A DNA stretch of 64,000 nt, taken from positions 29,326,001 to 29,390,000 of the forward strand of contig NC_135903.1 of assembly GCF_964194155.1 (NCBI RefSeq), read 5' to 3'. Made by a program: the position numbers and the translations under genes. Shown piece by piece: positions 25,727-36,298 of this stretch (position 1 is its first letter; the number at the start of each line of letters is the position of its first letter). The DNA is from Cetorhinus maximus. Its lineage: Eukaryota. The notes beneath the pieces are model-generated. The model did not search any database and was not told where the DNA came from. It was given only the letters and a program-made list of their open reading frames with translations.

Positions 25727-28492
25727 AGACTAGTTGAGCAACAGCCTGACATAGTCATTCTCATGGAATTACAGATCATGCCCCAGACACCACCATCACC
25801 ATCCCTGGGTCTGTCCTGTCCCATTGGAAGGACAGACCCCGCAGAGGTGGTGGCACGGTGGTATACAGTTGGGATGGAGTTGCCCTCGAAGTCCTCAACA
25901 TCAACTCTGGACTCCAAGAATTCTCATAGCATCAAGTCAAACATGGGCAAGGAAGCCTCCTGCCGATCATGACATACCACCGCCCCGCCACCCTTAAACT
26001 GATGAATCAGTGCTCCTCCATGTTGAACACCACTTGGAGGAAGCACTGAGGGTGGCAAGGGCACAGAATGTACTCTGGGTGGGGGATTTCAATGTCCATC
26101 TCAAAGAATGTCTCAGTGGCACTAATACTGACCGAAATGGCTGAGTCCAAAAGGGCATACCTGCTAGACTGGGTCTCAGGCAGGTGATGAGGGAACCAAC
26201 AAGAAGGAAAAACATACTTGACCTCATCCTCTCCGATCTACCTGCCGCAGATGCATCTGTCGATGACAGTATCGGTCGGACTGACCACCGCACAGTTCCT
26301 GTAGAGATGAAGGTCCTTCTTCGCATTGAGGATACCCTCCATCATGTTGTGTGGCGCTACCACTGTGCTAAATAGAATAGATTTCGAACAGATCTAGCAA
26401 CTCAAAACTGGACATCCATGAGGCGCTGTGGGTCATCAGCAACCCCAGAATTGTACTCAAACACAATCTGTAACCTCATGGCCCAGAATGTCCCCCACTC
26501 CGCCATTACCATCAAGCCAAGGTATCAACCCTGGTTCAATGAAGAGCACAGGAGGGGTTGCCAGGAGCAGCACCAGACATACTTAAAAATGAGGTGTTGA
26601 CCTGATGAATCTATAACATAGGACTACTTGTGTGCCAAAAAGCCTACGAAACATGCAAGTGACAGAGCTAAGTGACCCTACAACCAATGGATCAGATCTA
26701 AGCTCCGCAGCCCTGCCACATCCAGCGGTAATGGTGGTGAACGACTAAACAACTAACTGGAGGAGGAGGCTCCACAAATATCCCCATCCTCCCAGCACAT
26801 TAGTGCAAAAGACAACCATCTTCAGCCAAAATTGCCAAGTAGATGATCCATCTCGCCCTCCTCCTGAGGTCCTCAGCATCACAGATGCCAGTCTTCAGCC
26901 AATTCGATTCACTCCACATGATATCAAGAAATGGCTGAAGGCACGGGATACTGCAAAGGCTATGGGCCATGACAACATTCCAGCAATGGTACTGAAGACT
27001 TAGGCTCCAGAACTAACCATGCCCCTAGCCAAGCTGTTCCAGGATGGCTACAACACTGGCATCTGCCGGCTATGTGGAAAATTGCTCAGGTATGTGCTGT
27101 CCACAAAAAGCAGATAAAATTCAACCCAGCCAATTACTGTCCCTCAGTCTACTCTTGTTCATTAGCAAAGCGATGAAATGTGTCATTAACAGATTGTCAC
27201 CTAACCAACAATAACGTGCTCACTGATGCTCAGTTTGGGTTCTGCTAGGCCTACTCAGTTCCTAACCTCATTACAGCCTTATTTTAAACATAGACAAATG
27301 ATCTGAACTCAAGAACTGAGATGAGTATGACTGCCCTTGACATTAAAGTTGCATTTGACCGAGTGTGGCATCAAGGAGCCCTAGCAAAACTGGAGTCAAT
27401 GCAAATCAGGGGGAAAACTCTCCGCTGGTTGGAGTCATACCTAACACAAAGGAAGATGGTTTTGGTTATTGAAGGTCAATCATCTTAGTCCCACAACATC
27501 ACTGCAGGAGTTCCCCAGGGTTGTGTCCTAAGTCCAACCATCTTCAGATGCTTTATCAATGACCTTTCCTCCATCATAAGGTCAGAGATGGGGATGTTTG
27601 CCGATGATTGCACAAGTTTCAGCACCATTTGTGTGTCCTCAGATACTGAAACAGTCCATGTCCATATGCAGCAAGACCTGGTCAATATTCAGGTTTGAGC
27701 TGATAAGTGGCAAGTAACATCCATGCCACACAAGTGCAGATAATGACCATCTTCAACAAGAGTGAATCTAAGCATCTCACCTTGACATTTAATATCATTG
27801 ATGAATCCCCCACTATCAGCATCTTGGGAGTTATCATTGACCAAAAAATGAACTTGAGCAGCCTTATAAGTACTGTGGTTACAAGAACAGGTCAGAGGCT
27901 GGGAATTCTGCAGTGAGTAGCTCACCACCTGACTCCCCAGAGCCTGTCCACCATCTAGATGGCACAAGTCAGGAGTGTGATGGAATACCCTCCACTTGCT
28001 TGGATGAGTGCAACTCCAACAACACTCAAGAAGCTCAACACCATCCAGGACAAAGTAGCCCACTTGATTGACACCCCATCCACTACAATAAACATTCACT
28101 CCCTCCACCATCAATGGTGCACAGTAGCAGCAGTGTGTGCCATCTACAAGATGCACTGCAGCAACTCACCAAAGCTCCTTTGACAGCGCCTTCCAAACAT
28201 GTGCTCTCTACCATCTAGAAGGACAAGGGCAGCAAACACATGGGAACACCACCACTGGCAATTTCCCTTCCAAGCCACTCACCATCCTGACTTGGAAATA
28301 TATCGCCGCTCCTTCACTGTCGCTGGATCAAAATCCTGGAACTCCCTCTCTAACAGCACTGTGGGTGTACCTACACCACATGGACTGCAGCGGTTCAAGA
28401 AGGCAGCTCACCACCATCTTCTCAAAGGCAACTAAGGATGGGCAACAAATGCTGGCCTAGCCAGCGATGCCCACAAGGATGAATAAAAAAAA
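25727..28492 (+). mobile_element. 5'-truncated APE+RT LINE (CR1/L2/Jockey group), decayed
   Basis: APE motifs QQPDIVIL.E, WVGDFNVH, EPTR..NILDLIL, DH; RT motifs AFDRVWH, GVPQG.VL.P, FADD; 3' tail GGATGGGCAACAAATGCTGGCCTAGCCAGCGATGCCCAC..GAAT plus poly(A). Colinear with 56805-59467. Confidence 0.92.
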
Positions 28493-29402
28493 CTTCTCTT
28501 GTTATTGGATAGAAAACAGGAATGTCACTTCTTAGAAATTAAATATAAGGAGAAGTAAGTTGATAAAGTTCCATGCAAGTCAAAGGAAACTAGTGGAAAC
28601 TTCCAAATTTTATGTTGACATCAAACTATTTGTTACACGCTGCCCACTGCATGGCACAAATGATGTCAGAGTGCCTACTGGAGGCAGGCTCACTGCTCTT
28701 GATTCAGGGAGGACAGAGGAGTAAGTGACCTGTCCACATAAAGGCTGCAACAGGTAAAGGGGCAGCAGCGGCAGTGCCTCGGGGTTGCAGCACGACAGGA
28801 AGATAGAGCAGAGACTACAAGCACTGCGCCATGCTCTCTGTCAACTTGGAGCTTAACTCCCCCATGCTCCTTCATGGTGACAGGGCGCTGTCTGGCAGAC
28901 CAATCAATGCACCCTGTGTCCCAGCATGCCTGTCCATCAGCAATCTCCTGTAAGCCACTCCATTAAGGCCCTCGTTGGAGACCACTACAGCGTAACTCTT
29001 CTACAACTGCACCCTCTGGTGAGCCGGCAAACAAACCATCCTTTACCTCTGGTCTGGCTGCAGCCCACTCATGCTGATCACAACTCTATATTAGCCTCCA
29101 AGGTACGTGCAGTGCCAGTATCTGAGCTGGTGGCTGCGAGTGTGAGAGCAAGGAGGAGAAGGCTGGTGTGAGAGAAGTGGGTAGCAAGAGGTCCATGCTC
29201 ACAGCATCAGCAGCTTGCTTATCCTACCACATCGCAGGATGAGGATCTGCTGGGAGTTGTTAAGGGGAATAACATGTTGTATCCTCACTATTCTCAGCGA
29301 TGCCAGGGACCCTGTCACATCTGACCCCATGATGAGGACAACCTCTCCTCCATAAGGCTCAGGAAATTCAAGTGCCCTGGTCCTCTGCTGTGCCTCCTTT
29401 GA

Positions 29403-29770
29403 TTTTTTTAATTATTCATTCATGGGGTGTGTAGGCGTCGCTGCCTGGGTCAGCGTTTATTGCCCATCCCTAACTGCCCTTGTTCAGAGGGCAGTTAAGA
29501 GTCAACCACATTACTGTGGGTCTGGAGTCACATGTAAGCCAGACCAGGTAAGGATGGCAGATTTCCTTCCCTAAAGGGCATTAATGAACCAGATGGGTTT
29601 TTACAATAATCGATAATGGTTTCATGGTCATCATTAGACTTTTAATTTCTGATTTCTTAATTGAATTCAAGTTCCACCATCTGATGTGGCAGGATTCGAA
29701 TCCGGGTCCCCAGAGCCTAGGTCTCTAAGTTATTAGTCCAGCGACAATACCACTATGCCATCGCCTCACC
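29403..29770 (-). mobile_element. Full-length tRNA-derived SINE, partner of the APE+RT LINE
   Basis: Reverse strand: box A TGGCATAGTGG, box B GATTCGAATCC, body AAAAACCCATCTGGTTC...GGAAGGAAATCTGCCATCCTTACC, tail AAGGGCAGTTAGGGATGGGCAATAAACGCTG...ATGAATGAAT plus A-rich end, shared with the LINE 3' end. Confidence 0.9.
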
Positions 29771-29799
29771 ATAATGTGCCACCTTGTCCTGCAAAAAGG

Positions 29800-29888
29800 A
29801 AAAAAAGAGGGGAATGAGACTGACTGGATTACTCTACAGGGAGATAGCATGGACTCAATGGGCTGAAGGGCCTCCTTATGATTCTATG
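29800..29888 (+). mobile_element. CR1 3' UTR tail fragment
   Basis: ATGGGCTGAAGGGCCTCC followed by TATGATTCTATGA. Confidence 0.7.
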
Positions 29889-32668
29889 ACCCTAATGTCA
29901 GAGATTGTGTTGCGCTGTTTAGATAATGCACCTGCCACAGCTGAATAGCAACGAGAGGCATGTGTGGCATTGGCAGCATCAAAAGATGTTCAAGAGTGAG
30001 CTGGAGTATCTGGATGTTAGACATGGGTTCTGAGTGGCAGGGAGTGCTGCTGAGTGATTGATAGGTGTGTGGTGCGTTGAACAGCATGAGAGCTCGGTGG
30101 TGCAGTGGGAAGGAGATGGTCATGTAAAGATGCATTCACTGACATTGACCACTTGCATGAAGCCATTAGGTTTCTTGTGGTACTGTGGCCAAGTGCTCTG
30201 TTCCAGCCTCCAGGGATGACCTCCCTGGCTCCCTGCACCCACTCCTTAGTGAAGATAGTCCTGGAGGGCCTTCTGAGCCCTCAGAGGAACCATGGTACCT
30301 CTACACCTGCCCTCTTCTACTACTAATGCCTCCAGGATGACATCCATCACCCTGGAACTCTCTCTTTGACCAAGTGTTCACTTTGCCATCATTTAAATCA
30401 TTTAAAAAGCAGTAATATTCTTCCGTGTAGCTTCCCTTTTAAGAGAGACAGGCTGCCTTTAAGAAGAGCCACCTGGCTATTTCTGAGCCACGCTACTGGG
30501 TTCTTCTGCTGAGCGCAGAGGCAGCCAGCAGAGTTAGGAGGAAGACGACAGTGCAAGACCTGCTCGGCCAGATATTACAATCAAAGATGAAGTGGGTGCA
30601 CCAAATTTGCAAGCTGCCTACTTCCATCTGAACGGCCTCAGACAAGACGCAAAATGTGACCCAATTTCTAGACCCTAGTGTTGCGAGATTTGTTTCTTTT
30701 TATTGGTATATTGCTGTAAAAACTTTATTACATTTTTTAAACCTTATAACAAAGTAACTAAAAGGAACATTTTCTGGCTCCTTAACACTCAGTTGTTACT
30801 ACCTTAAAGAATTGTTCCACATAACTGTGCTTTCACTTTAAAAAGTGACTCAGAGAAGACGATCGATTACAATTTGGACAACAAGTCCATCTGATTACTG
30901 TAGACTTAAATGCATATGGTTCCCAAATTCTCTCTGTAATGTGGCGCAATTATAATAATATTACCCTTAATTTCTGAATCCTCTGAATTTTCAATATTTA
31001 GCACATTGAGACACACAAGACAATATTACATTACTATGTAAATGCCTGTAAAATGCAATGGTTATACTATTCTCCAGGCCATGTCGTTATCCAGATGATA
31101 TTCATTTTTTGACTGAAGCCCATTAGATCTAAATTACACGTAATGCAAAACTAATTCCATACATTTTTAATCAATATTTGTTTACCGGCACAGTTATATG
31201 AAACAATTCTTTAAGGTAGTAACAACTGCATTTGAGGGGAGGTTTTGAGTCAGGTTTTGAGAAGCACACAGTCATGATTCTTTTTAATTCTTCAAACTGA
31301 CAGCTCTGTTGCTAGAAACTTCTAATCATGGGATTTTATTTGGCCATTTGTGTTCAGCTCACCATCAACCACGTACAAATCTAATCAGATGGTTCCATGG
31401 TCACGGATAGCTACATAATTAACATCTGGATTTCAATTCTGTTTGGTTTATTACCTGAGCCATGATCTGATAGTCTATGCTCCCCTGCTGCTTAAAGAAG
31501 AGAAGGACATGATATATTTAATAAGCTGAGGTACAGTGACAAGAGTTTCTCTATTTGTCTCTCAGGTCACGCTACAATTAACTATTGAACAGGAGAAGGA
31601 ACATTGGCTCATAAGAGATGTGCGGTGCGTATACTTGTGTTGTCAGTGATGCTAAACGCAAGAAAATATTTTGTGTAAAAACCTAATTCTGGAACAGTGA
31701 TTAAAATCTTTTTGTCCTTTAATAGATCATCATTTAGGATTTTAAAAAATCATTTTCAGAATGCGCATTTAAGAATCATTTTGAAGGAGTCCATTCAATT
31801 AATTCAGTCTGTTCAGCCAGAGATTGACGTGTTTGGAAAGAAAACATGCTGCTCTGCACTCATGATTGATTTCTGCTATTAAGAGTTGCCTAAGGCACTT
31901 CAGACAAGGAGGGATCTCACCTTGATGTGATACAAAACAACTCCTGTATAGTACGTGGCACACGTTAAAAAGGCTGCAGCAACTACCCACACAACCCAAA
32001 TTCTGCCAAGATGATGCTTCTGTGGGAGTGACAGTCTCTCCATTAGCTGCGCCAATCTGACCATTTTAAATCCTTGCCAAATCGAGCCAATTAATTGACT
32101 GTACAATTAGACAAATTGTATGCATTTGTACTGGCCCAAAGAGATCCTGGGTGGAATTTTCCATGTCCTGGCGTTGGGCGTGTTCAGCAGCGTGAGTAAA
32201 CAATATGGCGAGAAGGCCGAGAATCAGTTTCACGACGTCGTGAAACCAGTTTGCAATCGTCCGCTCTGCCCGTCAATGGTGGGCCACATTCCCCAACATT
32301 GGATGTCGGGAACCTCATTGCAATGCATCTGCATATCTTTATAAGGCGAGCCCGTTGGAATCATCCCACCACACTGAGTTGTCCGAGCACGTCGGCGTGA
32401 TTTCACGCTGATGGGTTTTACAATAGCATACATAAGGCATGCACTTGGCGGGCTGCGCTTTGAGGGGAACTCGGAGGTGAGTGCACAGTAATGTTGCACA
32501 GCACTCGTGAGGGTCGCCTGTTGGACTTTAAGGTTGAGGCGTGTTGGACAGGAGAGGGGGCATGGGCTGCCCTGCAGTTGAAGTGACTTGGGGGTTGGGG
32601 GGAGGTGCAAGGGCTGACCTGCGGTTGAAGCTAGTGCACAAGAATGTGCAGGGTTGGTGGGGGGAGGA

Positions 32669-33680
32669 TTCCTGCAGATGACTGACAACCAGTGTCGCTG
32701 AAGACTGTGCATGTCTAGGGAACTGGTCGGTCGCATCTGCCAGCTACTACAGGATTTGGTGCCATGGGGACATGGAGGGCATCCCATGTCCATGAAAGTG
32801 ACCGCAGCGCTCGATTTTTATGCCAGTGGCTCCTTTCAGGGATCCATAGATGACCTCTGTGGGATATCACAAGTCTCCACCCACAAACGCAACCATGAGG
32901 TCACATGAGGGCACACAAATTTGTGCATTTCACCCGGGACCAGGAAAACCAGGATGAAGGAGCGATTGGATCTGCCCAGATCTCGGGTTTACAACAGGTG
33001 CAAGGTGCCATCGACTGCACTTACTTGGCGCTCAGATCTCCATTGCAACACATGGTCAACTATGTCAACTACAAGGGCTTCCATTCGCTGAACATGTGGC
33101 TGGTGTGCGACCACCATAAATGCATCCTGCAGGTCTGCACACCATTTCCACGGATTGTCCATGACTGCTACATTCTCATTCGGTCACAGATCCCTGATGT
33201 CTTTCAGGGTCCACAGAGGCTGCAGGGTTGGCTCCTCGGAGACAAGGGCTACCTGCAGAGGATGTAGCTGATGACACTCGTGCAACGGCCTCAGATTGCA
33301 GCAGAGCGAGGCTATAATGAAGCTCATGTTGCAACTTGCAACTTGGTGGCGCAAATCATTGGGATACTGAAAATGAGGCTCTGGTGCCTGGACCAGTCTG
33401 GTGGAGCCCTGCAATATAGTCCACAGAGGCTGTCATTCATTGTCATCGCCTGCTCCGCCCTTTACAACCTGGCACTGCAATGAGGAGAGGAGCTGGCTGA
33501 GGAGGAGATGGAAGAGCTGGAGGTCTCCTCCATTGAGGAGGACGTCAATGGGGATGACAGTGACAAGGTCCTCGAAGGCGATGATGACGGGAATGAGGCC
33601 CTCGCACTGGCTAGATGAGGCAGATGCACACAGGAGGGCCTCACAGCTGCAAGATTTGTGGACAATGAATGTAGTGGGGA
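32669..33680 (+). pseudogene. Harbinger DDE transposase, N-terminus deleted, disrupted
   Basis: ENQC..RL.MSRE-like start, ALDFYASGSFQG, QVQGAIDCT, KGFHSLN, LLGDKGY, LV(A)QIIGILKMRL.CL. Stops and frameshifts present; catalytic E lost. Confidence 0.92.
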
Positions 33681-33717
33681 GACTCCATAGATCCTCACAT
33701 TGCATCTATGAACGTTT

Positions 33718-34820
33718 TGAAGGGGTCTCAAAATTCCCACATTTTTCATATCAACAAGGATATGACTTTTGGACTTTTACCTGAAACCAGACAACAAGAG
33801 GATACAGAATACGCATTCTTCCCTTTAAAACAATCAACACGAAACTAAAGCCCATCAATATCTTGCATAAATAATTGCTACTTACTACGGGGGCAGGAAG
33901 ACCACAATCAATGTAATTATGCGAACCCATCAATACTCCACACATACAATGGCTTTCAGTTCAAGACTAGTTACGGGGGAGGAAGACAATGATAAACATC
34001 ATGCGGGCCCATTAAAAACAATGAGATATCAATCACCTAGGGAAGCCCACCAAAATCAAATAAAGAACTAACCTTGATTTGGATTGAGATAAGAAATTCG
34101 AAAAAAAACAGTATAACTGGGCCAGCAGATCAGGAGTGAGCAGTTTGTTTTTGGGCAGTGAGGAGTTTAAGCAGGGAGCTGAGCCAAGCAGAGGAAGGAG
34201 ATCTGGAGGTTTGCAGGCCCGCAGGCAACATCACGGCGAGGGGCACGGGGTGGCAGGCTCAACCGAAGACAACAAGGCCACAACCGCAGCCCTCCATGAA
34301 GATCGACCACCCACAACTGCGCCCTCCACCCAACTGAAGAACCCTCGCAGATTCCACATACCAGGATACCAGGACCACGTGGGGACGGCAGGCCCCAGAG
34401 GACACAAAGAGCATACCCCAAAACTGCAACCGGCTTACCCAGCTGGATTTCGAACTGTCAAGGAACCCTGGTTGGTGAGCATGATCCCTGACCTCTCCTA
34501 GTTCAATTTAGTTAGGTTTTGGGGGTGAGACAAAGGTAAGGGGATTAGTAGCGTGATTTTCCCTCATTATGCCGTGTGTTCCCCATTCTTAACTAAGTGT
34601 ACTTTGTAGGTCTGTATAATCTCAGTGTAATCCTAATGTTATAAATTCATTTGTGACTTCAATAAACTCAGTTATTATTTTCTTGCACCAAATCCAGTTG
34701 TCTGCTGCACTTTGTCACAACCCCCAAATAAGTCCAAGGTCTAGAACCCAGGGAGTGAGAGCAATTCGAACCGCTCGGAAGTCAGAGGTGGAGCTGACAC
34801 ACATACCACTACCCCCTACA
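33718..34820 (+). mobile_element. Solo LTR (1103 bp; ERV1/Gypsy-type 4-bp TSD)
   Basis: Termini TGAAGGGG...CCCCTACA; TSD GTTT / GTTG; the empty site GAACGTTTGACTCC is visible in copy A (reverse complement of 14101-14114). TATAA at 34112 and AATAAA at 34661. Confidence 0.88.
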
Positions 34821-36097
34821 GTTGGACTCCAGTCTGGCTGACATCAGCACACATACCCTCTGTAATAAGGCTGCTGCCATGGAGATGCAGCGGAGGCCCT
34901 AATAATCACTCGATTCCAGGAGGATGATGACGGCATGCAGTGAGGACACTACATAGATCTTCACATTGTCTCTGAGAATGTCTGAATCCTGCCTGGACAA
35001 GGGCAGCTCGGTTGTGCTCTGTGATCAGGGTCATATCATAGAGACGCAGCCATGAAACTTTAAAAGCACCTGACCCTTTGTCCACCTTCAGCACCCGACC
35101 CCTTCAGGAGCACAGCGTCACTGGTCACAGATGCTGAAGAGATGGGGGCCAGCCCCACCTCAAAGGTGCTGAGAGCACACAGAGAGAATGATGGAACTCT
35201 GTGATACCTGTCCACGACATTCTGGCAGCAATGACAAGCACCATTGACGTGCAGGCATCAGTAATGTTTCCAGGGAGTGTGAGGCCGGACCATCACTTTG
35301 GTCTGAAGGCTGCACAAAGCACAGGGAAGAGGCCCTGGACTGAGGCACCTGCCTTTATCTTGTGCAGGAAACAAGTTTTCACATCAGAGTGACACGAACA
35401 CTGCTTATAGATCAATGAGCCAAAGGCAGGAAGACATTCTTGAGAGTTAATTTACAATAGTGACCATTATGTACAAGTGATTAACATCTGTGCCCAGGCT
35501 GTGCAACTAATTATTCTTAACTTTTCTAACCCTGCCGCTATGTCGTGGCACTGCCCAGCCATCCACTGCAGAGGTAGAGGCAGCCTGCTGATTGTTGTAC
35601 GTGATGACCTTGGTGGGCATCCTCTGGAGGGCTAAGACCTGGAGGGCCCTGGCCTGTATTCAGGGTCCTGCTGTGTGGCAGTGGCACCCTCCTTGGCCTG
35701 TGGAGCTGGAGCTGCCGGGGTCACAGGAAGAGGCGATTCGGATGGGCTCGACTCTCCCGGAGTCACTTGGATGGATGGCCCGGGGTGTGCACTAGCTTAT
35801 CCTCCTCCTGATGGGTGCCCAAGGGCCCCGGGCCGACTCCTTGAGGAGAAGGGGAAGCTGGTGTGAGATTGAGCTGCCTTGCACCCCTCTTGCGTACAAA
35901 CTGTTGGAGGCCAACCATGGCATCAGCGATGCAGTTCAGCCTATGCTGCAGTGCAGGAACAATGTCCTGGACCAAGGTCTCCATGGTGGCCACCACCCTC
36001 AGTGTTGGCCTCAGTGCATTGGCATGCCGGCGCTATCACCTCAGCCTGAAGGCAGATAGACTCCTCCATCGTACCTTACAGTCTGAGGTGAGCAGCA

Positions 36098-36298
36098 ATG
36101 TCTTTTAAATCTCTTCAATTGAAATGGAGAGGGGTAGTCAATCAACACCTGGGAAGACCATTTATATTTTAAGTGACTCCCCGATATACATCCAGACATA
36201 TTTCACCTCATTTCTCTATTTCCTTAGTTCTGCTGAAGAGTCATACAGACTCGAAACATCAACTGTATTCCTCTCCGCAGATGCTGTCAGACCTGCTG
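36098..36298 (+). mobile_element. Penelope-like retroelement terminal fragment nested in the Myb-like gene
   Basis: Absent from copy A. Contains a hammerhead-like motif followed by CTCTCCGCAGATGCTGTCAGACCTGCTGA; related sequence lies on the minus strand at 46170-46285. Confidence 0.65.
36226..36264 (+). ncRNA. Degenerate minimal hammerhead ribozyme motif
   Basis: AGTT-CTG(C)TGA-A-GAGTC-ATACA-GACTC-GAAA-CATC-AACT: helix I AGTT/AACT, 5-bp helix II, core CUGANGA with one substitution, then GAAA. Confidence 0.6.

Larger units (their letters stand above)
28690..30675 (-). mobile_element. Old divergent Harbinger remnant (Myb-like exons), interrupted by a SINE and a CR1 tail
   Basis: The reverse strand has an RxTWPQxxKKxN-like segment (~30150-30200), a CAG|GACAAGGTGGCACAT exon-2 start (~29790) and a terminal GGGTCTAGAAATTGG (~30675). 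Confidence 0.5.
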
